Virus record (IMG/VR): IMGVR_UViG_3300045988_164340
Location: 96,001-160,000 of that record
Strand: one strand, 5' to 3'
Length of the DNA: 64,000 nt
Source of the DNA: a virus
Part shown: positions 36,996 through 46,519 of the stretch, piece after piece
Layout of the letters: every line of letters begins with the position of its first letter
How positions within the stretch are numbered: position 1 is the first letter of the stretch
Notes under the pieces: model-generated
What the model was told of the DNA's origin: nothing
Database searches by the model: none
What the model saw: only the letters and a program-made list of their open reading frames with translations
Made by a program: the position numbers and the translations under genes

Positions 36996-37451
36996 ATGCC
37001 AAGAGGTAGACCGAGGAAAAATCCTCTACCTGTTACTGATACTGTCACGACAAACTCTAGTGGGAATGTTGTAAAGGAAGTTTCTAGTGAGACTACCAAG
37101 ACAGAAGACGTTAATAAAATGGGATTAGAAGTAGAGACTGTCAATAAAGGCAGACCCAAGAAGGATGACACACCTCGATGCGTATGTTGTAAAGAACCTG
37201 TTTATTCAGGGCGTAGATTAAATCTATCTTTGCTTACAACACTTGCATCTTATCATTTTGCTGTAGAAGAAATGCAGCCTTATATTTGTAGTAGGTGTGC
37301 TTCGGATTTAGGTGAGGTTATTAATAAATGGCTCATTAATCATGGAGTAGAAGTTAAGCCATACTATAAGCCAGAATATATGGCTAAGAACTATGATGAG
37401 AATTTAAATAATTCAACTAAAAGTTTGAAGGAGGATAATTTAAATGGCTGA
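36996..37451 (+). CDS. AT-hook DNA-binding protein with zinc ribbon
   Basis: PRGRPRKNP and KGRPKKD AT-hook cores; CVCC...CSRC; AGAGAGGTG SD. Confidence 0.55.
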   Translation: MPRGRPRKNPLPVTDTVTTNSSGNVVKEVSSETTKTEDVNKMGLEVETVNKGRPKKDDTPRCVCCKEPVYSGRRLNLSLLTTLASYHFAVEEMQPYICSRCASDLGEVINKWLINHGVEVKPYYKPEYMAKNYDENLNNSTKSLKEDNLNG

Positions 37452-37743
37452 GACCAGTATTGATTTCATTCATGGAGAAGACGTTGCTGTATGGAGTTCT
37501 GATTATTTTACAGTAATTAGAATTATGGAGGAATATCTCAAGAATTATCCTGACGAAGTAAGTGTTGTATCTGATTACAGTGACAGTGATGGGCAGAATA
37601 GATGTTTGACTATTAAGATTCCTGCTAAGTGGATGAGAAATCCCAAGCCTCCCAAGAGTCGTAATTTGACTGAGGAACAGAGAGAAGCCATGGTAGAACG
37701 TGGCAAGAGAATTGCTGCTTCAAGATGGGGAAATAAGGAATAA
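37444..37743 (+). CDS. hypothetical protein
   Basis: AAGGAGG SD; last plus-strand gene. Confidence 0.6.
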   Translation: MAETSIDFIHGEDVAVWSSDYFTVIRIMEEYLKNYPDEVSVVSDYSDSDGQNRCLTIKIPAKWMRNPKPPKSRNLTEEQREAMVERGKRIAASRWGNKE

Positions 37744-37767
37744 TATATAAGAATATATAGATATAAG

Positions 37768-37804
37768 AAGACCTGACTTTTATAAGTTGGGTCTTTTTTG
37801 TTTT
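37768..37804 (+). terminator. intrinsic terminator
   Basis: aagacc / ggtctt stem then T-run. Confidence 0.5.
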
Positions 37805-38028
37805 GCAATTACGCTTCGAGGGCGTAAGATTGACGAAAGATGGGGGACTTATAGATAAATTATTTATATTTGAGCTTCAGTTTTAAAAAATAGGGATTGG
37901 GTGGTGTAATTTGATGGGTGGAAAAAGAAGTTGATTTTAAGATGAAATTTATAAAGAATTGATTATAATGAAATGGGGAGATGAAATTGCTGAATATTTG
38001 CTGGGAAGAGGTGAAAGTAGCGAAGCGG

Positions 38029-38317
38029 GAAAAAGATTCCCCTTTGGTGATTTAAAAAAACTTCCCCCGTTGCATTTTAAAAAGGGTGGGTGGGTTGGGA
38101 GATTAAAGTGAGAGAGAAACATAGTGGGACCTTCGCATCCGACGAACCTGAAAAAGTTTTGCCCTTTGATGAGGGTTTATTGAAAGGAAGGCGTTTTTCC
38201 TTTCGATTATCAATTTTAAATTTTCTGGGGTGGTGGTGGGGAAAACTAAAAAATCTCCCCCTTGGAAATTAGAAAAATCCCCCCTTTGAATAAGGAAAAA
38301 GTTCCCCATTAAAAGGG
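38029..38317 (+). repeat. six direct copies of GAAAAAnnTnCCCC(n)TTTG
   Basis: Copies at 38029, 38054, 38150, 38248, 38272, 38294. Confidence 0.6.
38084..38099 (+). other. G-quadruplex motif GGGTGGGTGGGTTGGG
   Basis: Four G3 tracts with 1-2 nt loops in an AT-rich genome; second G-run block GGGGTGGTGGTGGGG at 38227-38241. Confidence 0.5.
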
Positions 38318-38412
38318 AAATAGATTCTCACTGAGTAAGAATCTTAACTTATAGCCACTGAGTAACTATAAATGCTAAGAAGTCTAACCCACCCTCCCTA
38401 CCAAGACTTCAC

Positions 38413-38862
38413 TTAACGGACACAAATTGAACCAATGTCTTCATAACGAACGACTTTGTATTCTTCTCGATTATTGTCACGAAGATGAATTTCCTGAAGT
38501 CGTTCATTCCATGTTACATAATCGCACCACATATCAGTGCCATCTTTAAGATAAACCTGAGTCACTGGATGTTCCCTCCTTATTTTCTTCCAAAAATATT
38601 TTTGCTGTTCACAGAAATGCTCGTATTCATATTTTTCATCCCTTCGACGGTATTCTTCATAATACTTTTTAGCCATAGCTAAAGAGTCGATAGATTTACC
38701 ATCTTTAAACTTTCTTGCTGCTAAGATTGAAGTTTCATCCATTTTAGCAATTCCAATGAATGTGAGAATTGTAATAGGAATTACAATAAACCAAAACAAA
38801 GGAACTCCTGCAAACAGACGAATTAGAATTGCAATGGGAAGACCAATTGCGAAGTAAGCCAA
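38413..38862 (-). CDS. membrane protein
   Basis: TTG start after AAAGAAAGG; N-terminal TM segments. Confidence 0.55.
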   Translation of the reverse strand: MAYFAIGLPIAILIRLFAGVPLFWFIVIPITILTFIGIAKMDETSILAARKFKDGKSIDSLAMAKKYYEEYRRRDEKYEYEHFCEQQKYFWKKIRREHPVTQVYLKDGTDMWCDYVTWNERLQEIHLRDNNREEYKVVRYEDIGSICVR

Positions 38863-38895
38863 AGTATCACAACCTTTCTTTAATTTTGATTATAC

Positions 38896-39216
38896 TTAGG
38901 TTTCATCAGTAATTTTCCCTCCTCTCTTTTCTTTAACTACCTGAGCATAATCCATTTCATAACACCAAATAGAGCCATTGTCATACAAAGGCTTGACAAC
39001 AACACTATCAGGATTCTGCAAATTATCTCTGACATAATTTACTTCTTTCATGGAAAAGAAATAGCGACTGGTTTCATCCTTACGCTTACGCATACAAAGC
39101 TTGTTGAAATGACAGATGCACTCTGTAAAATAAGAGTCAAGCATTTCAGACATAACTTCGGCGAAAATAGCAGCAGAAGAGATAGGAGTAGTGTTGTTGT
39201 TAAGACTCGTTTTCAT
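38896..39216 (-). CDS. hypothetical protein
   Basis: Track ORF, AGAAAGGA SD. Confidence 0.6.
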   Translation of the reverse strand: MKTSLNNNTTPISSAAIFAEVMSEMLDSYFTECICHFNKLCMRKRKDETSRYFFSMKEVNYVRDNLQNPDSVVVKPLYDNGSIWCYEMDYAQVVKEKRGGKITDET

Positions 39217-39257
39217 GACAATAAATCCTTTCTAAAATAAATAATTTGGTTGTTGAA

Positions 39258-39289
39258 GTTAATTTAAGAAAGGGGAGATTTCTCTCCCC
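39258..39289 (-). terminator. minus-strand intrinsic terminator
   Basis: ggggaga / tctcccc hairpin followed on the minus strand by TTTCTT. Confidence 0.5.
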
Positions 39290-39393
39290 AATCTTATTTA
39301 GCTCTACCAATGAGCAACAGGATTGCAATTGCAATCTCGAAACAAAGTAACACACCTTCGACGGTTATACACTTCACCTCCTTTCATTAGATT

Positions 39394-39408
39394 TTAAAGA
39401 ATCTACAT
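39394..39408 (-). CDS. mini-ORF ATG-TAG-ATT-CTT-TAA
   Basis: GAAAGGAAG SD, 8 nt, ATG TAG. Confidence 0.25.
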
Positions 39409-39436
39409 ATACATCACTTCCTTTCTTATTATAACA

Positions 39437-40138
39437 TTAATGCTGCTGAAACACAACTGTTTTCACCTTCTTATTCCAACATTTTTGACAAATTGTACAA
39501 GTGACAGTCTTATCGTGCTGGTTAGGACAAGTCGTATAATTCTTGGGAAAATCAGGATTTTTAGACTTATCTTTAAAATCAACATAAGCCACAGGAAGGT
39601 TATACGGATTAGGAACTTTCCAATCCTTATCCCAAGCAGAGAAAATAATGTTTAAGTTTTTGGGAAGCTTTTCATTTTCAGAAAGCCATTCATTCACGAT
39701 GAAATACTTCTTCGTAAATGCCATAAATTTAACTTTGGGATTCTTCAAAGCAATGTTAACCATTCCATCGAAGAAATCGTAATCAGGAATATCACCAGCG
39801 TCAAAAAATCTACAAAGACCAAGACCAGAATGCTTGAGTTTAAAATCAACCTGATTCCAGAAATCCTCATGGTCATTGTTGTAAATACGAAGATTGCGCA
39901 GATACGAAGCCTGAACGACAGCAATCTGCTGACAACCTTTCATACAATAACAACCACCCTTCTTACAAGGAGCATCTTCACGACAACAACAAGTCGGAAC
40001 TGCCAAATCAATGACTCCCATACCAGTCTTGGAGTTCTTAGTAGTCATGTGAATCTCATTCGTTCTCATAGAAAGATGCTGAATGTATTCTTCACGAGAC
40101 ATGGTGAATTCCTTCTTGTTGTTAACAGACTTAGCCAT
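39437..40138 (-). CDS. Cys-rich (metal-cluster?) protein
   Basis: CCCREDAPCKKGGCYCMKGC cluster and C-terminal CPN...CTICQKC. Confidence 0.6.
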   Translation of the reverse strand: MAKSVNNKKEFTMSREEYIQHLSMRTNEIHMTTKNSKTGMGVIDLAVPTCCCREDAPCKKGGCYCMKGCQQIAVVQASYLRNLRIYNNDHEDFWNQVDFKLKHSGLGLCRFFDAGDIPDYDFFDGMVNIALKNPKVKFMAFTKKYFIVNEWLSENEKLPKNLNIIFSAWDKDWKVPNPYNLPVAYVDFKDKSKNPDFPKNYTTCPNQHDKTVTCTICQKCWNKKVKTVVFQQH

Positions 40139-40193
40139 AATTAAAACTTCCTTTCAAAAATAAAATGTTTGTTGGTGTGTTAGGGACTATATA

Positions 40194-40724
40194 TTAACAG
40201 TGCTCGTGGGTGGTTTTGTCTTCATCCATAGCACTGATTGCCTTAGTAGAAAGGCATAAAAGGTCTTCATTTGTAAAAGTATGAAGCTGATTTTGTGCTT
40301 TGTGTTTGGCATCATCAAAGCTCTTTGCTTCAACGACAACTTCGAGAGTGCCTTTAACCTCAAGAAGAACGTCATATTTTTGAAACTTAGAAGACTGCTT
40401 GAGTTCTGTTGCATAATATTCTTTAAGAGTACTTATAGCCAGAATGAAACTAGACCTAAAAGCAAGACCAGACCAAAGGGTAATGTTTGTTTTAAGGTCA
40501 ACAATCCAATAAACAGGAGGATGTTCAAGCTCCTCCTTCATTTCAGACTGCTCCTTGAGATACTTCATAAAATCTCGAAGATATTCGTACATATAAGCCT
40601 CTTTGATATGTTTGCCATCATAACGAGAAGTAGGCAAAGAAATGTTATCATAATACTCAGGGTCTCCAAAAGCAATCATGACAACGGGCTTATTAATATG
40701 GTCTCCACAGAAATAAGTTAACAT
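40194..40724 (-). CDS. hypothetical protein
   Basis: ATG at 40724 after AAAGGAG, TAATG overlap. Confidence 0.6.
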   Translation of the reverse strand: MLTYFCGDHINKPVVMIAFGDPEYYDNISLPTSRYDGKHIKEAYMYEYLRDFMKYLKEQSEMKEELEHPPVYWIVDLKTNITLWSGLAFRSSFILAISTLKEYYATELKQSSKFQKYDVLLEVKGTLEVVVEAKSFDDAKHKAQNQLHTFTNEDLLCLSTKAISAMDEDKTTHEHC

Positions 40725-41050
40725 TACGCACACTCCTTTTCAATTTCTTTGATGTGAGACAACATGGAATTTACAACATAGACAAAATTATGCGTATAAG
40801 AAAGCGCATAATGATTTTTCCAATCACGGCTATCCCAAATCCACTTGATAGAAAGCTTTTCAGTTTCAGGGTTATAGATAGTCATGATTCCAAGACATCT
40901 CTCAGGACTTTCATCAAGGATATCAACTTTGGGAGGATAAAACTCGATATAATATCTATGTTCTACGTTTGCCCAAGGTGTAAAGATTTTAAACTTGCCA
41001 TACTTATTTTCGATATTGGTACGAACAGAACGAAGATTTAAGGTTGACAT
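40724..41050 (-). CDS. hypothetical protein
   Basis: Track ORF. Confidence 0.6.
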   Translation of the reverse strand: MSTLNLRSVRTNIENKYGKFKIFTPWANVEHRYYIEFYPPKVDILDESPERCLGIMTIYNPETEKLSIKWIWDSRDWKNHYALSYTHNFVYVVNSMLSHIKEIEKECA

Positions 41051-41083
41051 AGTTATACTCCTTTCAATTTTAAACGGTTTAAC

Positions 41084-41644
41084 TTAAATGATGTAGGACT
41101 TATATTTTTCGTTTGTAAGCACTTTCTTTTTAATCACATCCTTATAATTCATGATATAGGATTCGATAGGCTTATTCCACTGCCAACAATCTTTACGAGT
41201 TTCCTGACCGATGCAAGATTTTGTTCCCTCGTAAACAGTGATAAAGAAGGGTCTATACTGATTACGAAGCATCTGAGAGATACGTTTCACCTCTGTCCAA
41301 TCACAGATTACATTAAGGACATTGGAACAGATAAAGACATCTGCACTGGGAAAGCCATAACCCTCATCAGGGTAGTTTCTATATCCATCAGGATACCAAT
41401 ATGGGTCATAGCCAATATATTTGATATTCTTACATTTAAGGAAATCTCCGACAACTTCAGGATAACGACCACACCCCCAATCATAAACAATCAGAGGAGT
41501 CCCGAAAGTCTCACAATAGCTGAAGGCGTTTTTACACCAAATCTTGTCATATTTTAACTGACTCCAATCAATATGATTGTAGATACGGGGAAGTTTGGAG
41601 CTATTAACGGATGTGAACTTAGAAGTGATAAGCTGATTTTTCAT
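41084..41644 (-). CDS. class I SAM-dependent methyltransferase (tentative)
   Basis: Motif I-like IVYDWGCG, then DVFICSNVLNVI. Confidence 0.5.
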   Translation of the reverse strand: MKNQLITSKFTSVNSSKLPRIYNHIDWSQLKYDKIWCKNAFSYCETFGTPLIVYDWGCGRYPEVVGDFLKCKNIKYIGYDPYWYPDGYRNYPDEGYGFPSADVFICSNVLNVICDWTEVKRISQMLRNQYRPFFITVYEGTKSCIGQETRKDCWQWNKPIESYIMNYKDVIKKKVLTNEKYKSYII

Positions 41645-41677
41645 AATTTAGACTCCTTTCAATTTTAAAAAAGTTTT

Positions 41678-42322
41678 TTATTGTTTAAAGGTAAGTAGGA
41701 GAATTTCGTAGCAATCTACTTGATTGGCTTCATGAATTTCGTTAATGTAAACTCCTGCATCCATAATTGCTTTGCAAGCTTTTAATTCTCCTTCTGATAA
41801 ACATTCCTTATTAAACAAGGGATTTTCAGTGGGGAAATAAGCTATATAACATAAAGCAAGCTTAGGGAAGAATTCATATTTATGAACCTTAAAATCAACT
41901 TTGCCCTCCTTTACTAAAGAATTAAAGATATTAGCGTCCATACAAACTGCTGTGGACATACACTCACAGCTATTGTCTCCAACGCAGATATCTTCCCAAG
42001 AATCAATAGAATCTCCATTCTTGTCATAATAGAAAGTTATCTCCAAAACGCAAGTTACACTAAAAGGTTGAGGAAGACAAGCGTTTTGAAGTTGTGCCTG
42101 TTCATTACAGTAGCTGATACAAAGTTCAATAGCACTATCATCATCTTCCTCATCAATTTCTTCATCTTTTTTAATTAGTTCTTTGTCGTAGAAGAAGATT
42201 TCTTTCCCCTTTGCACAAATCCAAGGATGGACAATAGGGGTAGATTTTTCCACCCCATATTCCCCATTGATAATAGGCTCGATAGCAGATTCAACGCAAC
42301 CATGATATAAAGTGTAAGACAT
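41678..42322 (-). CDS. hypothetical acidic protein
   Basis: Track ORF. Confidence 0.6.
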   Translation of the reverse strand: MSYTLYHGCVESAIEPIINGEYGVEKSTPIVHPWICAKGKEIFFYDKELIKKDEEIDEEDDDSAIELCISYCNEQAQLQNACLPQPFSVTCVLEITFYYDKNGDSIDSWEDICVGDNSCECMSTAVCMDANIFNSLVKEGKVDFKVHKYEFFPKLALCYIAYFPTENPLFNKECLSEGELKACKAIMDAGVYINEIHEANQVDCYEILLLTFKQ

Positions 42323-42357
42323 AATTCATAACTCCTTTCAAATGTGTGTTGATTTAA

Positions 42358-42633
42358 TTAGCAATCAACAGTTACAGTTTCTTCAATGACAAGAAAATCA
42401 CCCATGAGTTTACAATCATAGGAGGTAAACTCACTACCAGCAACGCATTCAATAGGGACTTTATCGCTATGATAATTAAGACGTTTAAGAATTTTGTCTC
42501 CTTTGCCTTCATCAAGCATAGCGCTGAGTTCAAGATATTCTTCTTCGCTTTCAACTGCATAGATATGAAGTTGAGTTTTAGAGCAGGAATCATCACTGAG
42601 CCAATTGTAGAGAGTGGAAGAATTGTATTTCAT
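42358..42633 (-). CDS. hypothetical protein
   Basis: Track ORF. Confidence 0.6.
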   Translation of the reverse strand: MKYNSSTLYNWLSDDSCSKTQLHIYAVESEEEYLELSAMLDEGKGDKILKRLNYHSDKVPIECVAGSEFTSYDCKLMGDFLVIEETVTVDC

Positions 42634-42672
42634 AGTTAAACTCCTTTTAAGTTAAAACAAATTGTTTTATTA

Positions 42673-42933
42673 TCAGTTGTAGTTATTGGAATGAAGGGGG
42701 TTAGCGACATAGTTTTTTGCAGCCTTGAGCGAAGAGAATGCTTTGATAAAAGTGTAAACAACCACACCATCAATAACACTTCTTTTACTCAATTCCCAAC
42801 CTTTACGGGAGAAAATAGGACGAGAAATATAATATTTCTCATCCTTAGACATATAAAAGTTTTCTCCCTTTGTGCCAGTTACAGGCTTCCAACGAACGAC
42901 GTTGTGAGAATCAGTAAGAATAATATTAGACAT
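42673..42933 (-). CDS. hypothetical protein
   Basis: Track ORF. Confidence 0.6.
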   Translation of the reverse strand: MSNIILTDSHNVVRWKPVTGTKGENFYMSKDEKYYISRPIFSRKGWELSKRSVIDGVVVYTFIKAFSSLKAAKNYVANPLHSNNYN

Positions 42934-42965
42934 ACAAGCACTTCCTTTCTTTTTGTTAGATTAAT

Positions 42966-43526
42966 TTAACTCAAAAGCTTAAGAGTTCCTGTTTTGCCAC
43001 AGCCACCACATCTCCAAGCAGAAGGATTAGACCTGATACCTTGAACCGTGCTACAATTACGCTGATAAGTTTTCACCACCTTTTTACAGCAATCACAATA
43101 GATTTTGTAATTGCCACTTAATTTAGCTTGCTGGTTAAGATATTTGTGATAATTGGGGTCATAACTGCATCTTTGAATATGTGTACCATAAACAGCATTG
43201 TATTTGGTAATGGCTTTATACCAGCCGCCTGAATGTTCATGGTTTAACCCATTGTTAACACAATGAGCTACTTCATGGATAATTGTACCCTGTACATTGC
43301 TATCATCTCCAACCTCAAAATATTTCTTGTTGAAATTGAGGAGAAAATAGCGCTTACCATCAAGTGACCGTTTAGGACAGCACTGCCCAAGTCGATTTTT
43401 AGCTCTTGTGTTCCATTCCGTCACAATTTTTGTATCGAACAATTCATGAAATCCAAGGTTGATTAGCTGTGTTCTTGCGAGCTCGATGTAATTTTTAACA
43501 GCTTCAATATTGGTGTACTTAGACAT
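42966..43526 (-). CDS. SprT-like zinc metalloprotease
   Basis: HEVAHC (HExxH) plus C-terminal CDCC...CGGC zinc ribbon. Confidence 0.6.
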   Translation of the reverse strand: MSKYTNIEAVKNYIELARTQLINLGFHELFDTKIVTEWNTRAKNRLGQCCPKRSLDGKRYFLLNFNKKYFEVGDDSNVQGTIIHEVAHCVNNGLNHEHSGGWYKAITKYNAVYGTHIQRCSYDPNYHKYLNQQAKLSGNYKIYCDCCKKVVKTYQRNCSTVQGIRSNPSAWRCGGCGKTGTLKLLS

Positions 43527-43561
43527 AATTCTTAAATCCTTCCTTTTTATAAATGTTGTTG

Positions 43562-43750
43562 TTAGTGCTCCAAAGCTTCTTGGTCTTTAATGTCCTGCAT
43601 AGTGGTCTCGACTGTATTACCACATTCCCAAGAATAAAGAAATTGACCACATTCAGGACAAATGTAGTCAAATTCGCCATTAAAGGCAAGATTTACTTCA
43701 ACTCCACAATCAGGACAACATTTGCCACTACCATTAATAATTCGCAACAT
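43562..43750 (-). CDS. zinc-ribbon protein
   Basis: ATG at 43750 after GGAGGTG; CPDCG...CPECG. Confidence 0.55.
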   Translation of the reverse strand: MLRIINGSGKCCPDCGVEVNLAFNGEFDYICPECGQFLYSWECGNTVETTMQDIKDQEALEH

Positions 43751-43769
43751 ATTATTCACCTCCTTTTGA

Positions 43770-44486
43770 TTAATCCATGTGACCACAGTACCATTCAATT
43801 TCAGTACAGCCAACAATGGATAGATAATTCTTGATTTTATCAACCCACTGTTCCCAACTCCATTCGCCCAGTTTATTAGAGCGAGGAATCATTTTGTACT
43901 TCTGGTCCTCGTATTTAAAAATCATACCATATCCAATTGCACAACATCCCTTGTCCTCAGACATTTTACAAAGGTCTTCCCAAATCTGAGCAATTGCTTT
44001 AATAGCGGGGATTTTATTGTCATCATAATCTTCAGGACTGAAAAGGATAATAGGATAATTTTTATGCTCTTCGGTATCATCAGTTTCATAATCACTCCAA
44101 ACATTACAAGGAGCGAAATAGAAGAACCAAGATGTAGCACACTCAATGTACATACCATACTTAAGAGCAAATTTCTCAAGCCATTCAGGAGCACCTGAAT
44201 ACATATAATCACACAAAGTTCCCTCAGAAGAGAAACTGATAATATTAGTAGAAGGAGCGTACTCGCAATACTTGGTGGGATGAACACCTTCAACATCATC
44301 AATCCAAGTATTCAGGGGGACATATTTCTTTTCTTCCTTATCCCATAAATTACGAATATAACGAGTACGCTTGTTGTTGTAATAAATACAAACATCATCA
44401 ACGCATTCATGCTCGGCAAGTAATGCCTTAAACTCCTCAACGATATTGGCGATATCGGACTTGCTGTAATCATACTTCTTAGACAT
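43770..44486 (-). CDS. hypothetical protein
   Basis: Track ORF. Confidence 0.6.
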   Translation of the reverse strand: MSKKYDYSKSDIANIVEEFKALLAEHECVDDVCIYYNNKRTRYIRNLWDKEEKKYVPLNTWIDDVEGVHPTKYCEYAPSTNIISFSSEGTLCDYMYSGAPEWLEKFALKYGMYIECATSWFFYFAPCNVWSDYETDDTEEHKNYPIILFSPEDYDDNKIPAIKAIAQIWEDLCKMSEDKGCCAIGYGMIFKYEDQKYKMIPRSNKLGEWSWEQWVDKIKNYLSIVGCTEIEWYCGHMD

Positions 44487-44525
44487 AATTATAATTCCTT
44501 TCTAAATAAAAAGTTTTAAAAGTTG

Positions 44526-44554
44526 TTGACAAAAATGAATTTGTGTGTTACAAT
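44526..44554 (+). promoter_or_regulatory. plus-strand promoter firing against the minus-strand block (module 1)
   Basis: TTGACA, 17 nt, TACAAT, TGTGT upstream. Confidence 0.65.
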
Positions 44555-44560
44555 ACACAC

Positions 44561-44803
44561 AGAGTTAAGAGACCCGTAACCTCTCAACTCTGTGTATTAT
44601 GTTTTAGTTTCCTTATAGCTCAAGGAAACCAGTTAACACTATTACATAGTAATAAATGTTAAATTTGTAGTTTATTTGTTTTATTTTCTACATGGTCTTT
44701 CATCTCCTTTCTTCCTTAAGACAAGGGTTTCATTTATATGAACAGTTTACGGGGCTGGAGTTTTAGATAGGAACAGGGTCACTCCTGTTCCTTTTCTTTT
44801 TCT
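44561..44803 (+). ncRNA. antisense RNA of module 1 (about 240 nt)
   Basis: 5' hairpin 44557-44595; covers micro-ORF and SD; terminator ggaacagg / cctgttcc 44770-44791 then T-run. Confidence 0.5.
44613..44693 (-). CDS. micro-ORF M*KIKQINYKFNIYYYVIVLTGFLEL (TAG codon 2)
   Basis: AAAGGAGA SD, ATG TAG; paralog of 53459-53539. Confidence 0.5.
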
Positions 44804-45255
44804 TCGTAAGGCTTAAGAGGAATATGATTGCAAGTGGAATATTCGCCTGTGTTAATATTCATCAAGAAATCTTGACCACTTTTGTAACAAAGAAACTTGA
44901 TTTCATCTCCAAAATCATCCACTTCATATACACTCTTATCTCCACAATAAGGACAGCGAGGCTCACGATACTGGCCAAAGCGAATATCTTTCTGATACTC
45001 TTCAGACTGAGGTTTACTCCAAACCTTGACAGAGAAAGTATTACCAGATTTATCATCAGGGTCAATCTCTGCCATGCAAATATCCTGTTCCACATCCTGT
45101 CCATCACGAACAAAGACAATGTTTACACCATGATACCCTTCTTCCTGTTCATAATAGATTCTGAACTGACCATTGGGAGTATCGACAGAGACGTAAGGAT
45201 AGGAATTATTCTTTGCAGAGTGGATAATCATTTCGTTAAAATTCTTGTTAGACAT
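44779..45255 (-). CDS. hypothetical protein
   Basis: Track ORF. Confidence 0.6.
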   Translation of the reverse strand: MSNKNFNEMIIHSAKNNSYPYVSVDTPNGQFRIYYEQEEGYHGVNIVFVRDGQDVEQDICMAEIDPDDKSGNTFSVKVWSKPQSEEYQKDIRFGQYREPRCPYCGDKSVYEVDDFGDEIKFLCYKSGQDFLMNINTGEYSTCNHIPLKPYEEKEKEQE

Positions 45256-45292
45256 AGTTTTCTTTCCTTTCTTAAATCAAAAATGTTTGTAG

Positions 45293-45835
45293 TTACCAGC
45301 CGTAAACATTGCGAACTTGCTTACCAATAGCGCGGGTATACTTGGTAATATCCTTGGAAGTTGCTTTACCACGATATAGCTTCCAACAGAACTTGTCAAG
45401 CTGGTCAGAAGAGATTTCAGGTTTCACCTCCCTATATAAAATATAATTAGTGCCATCATGGTGAGTTTGCTTAGAGCGAAGATTGTTATGAGAATCAACC
45501 CACCATTCTCCATAACCACAATCAGCATCAAACGAAAGACAAGCTCTGATATTCTTTTCATCTTTAAGCTTGTAGCCTGTTCTTCTACCGTTCCATAAAC
45601 CCAAATCAACGATGGCAATAATACGTCCTTCGGTGGGGATATTAAGATTAGCCTGTTCATCGTGAAAATATTCAGAGCTCAAAAGATACATTTCTTCAAT
45701 GTAATCATCTTCGGTTTTAGTGGAAGAGTCAATTTCATTCATCTCCCACATCTCTTCAATACCTTCACGCCAGTCTTCAAGATTGAGGTCGTAGTTGCTC
45801 CAAATGATGTGCTTGTTAGGGTTCTTCTTAGCCAT
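45293..45835 (-). CDS. hypothetical protein
   Basis: ATG at 45835 after AGAAAGGAA. Confidence 0.6.
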   Translation of the reverse strand: MAKKNPNKHIIWSNYDLNLEDWREGIEEMWEMNEIDSSTKTEDDYIEEMYLLSSEYFHDEQANLNIPTEGRIIAIVDLGLWNGRRTGYKLKDEKNIRACLSFDADCGYGEWWVDSHNNLRSKQTHHDGTNYILYREVKPEISSDQLDKFCWKLYRGKATSKDITKYTRAIGKQVRNVYGW

Positions 45836-45896
45836 AATCACAATTCCTTTCTTTTTTGCTATAATTAGAATGCTTTGATATAGAAAAAGCTGGGGA

Positions 45897-46451
45897 TTAT
45901 TCCCCAGCAAATCCTTTGAAAGTTTCAACAATCTTGTTCTTTTCTTCAATGACCCTCTTAGTTGTACTTTTGATGCTGTAAATAAGATTATCCCTCAATG
46001 TAGAATAGATTCCATATTCATCCCATTTAGCAAGCCAACCATCTTTGTCTTTAAGCAGAGAATCAGGACAACACTCAGGAGAAGCATCAAGCACAACAGA
46101 ATCGCAAACATAATTACCATTTCTCCAAGTGATATAATAACGACTACCTTGTTTGTTAACTGCGATACTTTCATCATTACCATAATCTCTATAATAATGA
46201 GCATGAAGATTTGTTCTTGAAAAGAGATTAACTTCTTCAGCGATTTTCACCAAAGAAAGAATTTGGTTAACAATCACAGTCCACTTAGCTCTACCGATTG
46301 CTTCTGTACGAGGGATATAATATTCCTTTGTAGCTTCACAAAGAGTTTTGGCATTCTGATAACGCTGAAGAAGTTCCAGCATTTCGGTGTCTTCGTTTTC
46401 CTTGCAAGTAACGGTAACGGTCATGTTTTCATAAGTCTTAGTGTTAGTCAT
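45897..46451 (-). CDS. hypothetical protein
   Basis: Track ORF. Confidence 0.6.
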   Translation of the reverse strand: MTNTKTYENMTVTVTCKENEDTEMLELLQRYQNAKTLCEATKEYYIPRTEAIGRAKWTVIVNQILSLVKIAEEVNLFSRTNLHAHYYRDYGNDESIAVNKQGSRYYITWRNGNYVCDSVVLDASPECCPDSLLKDKDGWLAKWDEYGIYSTLRDNLIYSIKSTTKRVIEEKNKIVETFKGFAGE

Positions 46452-46519
46452 AATATAAACCTTTCTCCCCGTATAGCCGTTGGGACAGCTTAATTTTATT
46501 ATTTTCCTTAAAATAAAGA

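Noticed and set aside
38090-38309. Track ORFs 38090-38272 (+) and 38103-38309 (-)
   Set aside because: They lie in the G-rich repeat zone, have no SD, and their sequences simply reflect the repeats.
44491-44496. Minus-strand TATAAT next to ATG 44486 as a promoter, by analogy with 58166
   Set aside because: There is no TTGACA-like -35 at 16-18 nt (only TAAAAC or TTGTCA-like strings). It is most likely just the AT-rich SD-to-ATG spacer.
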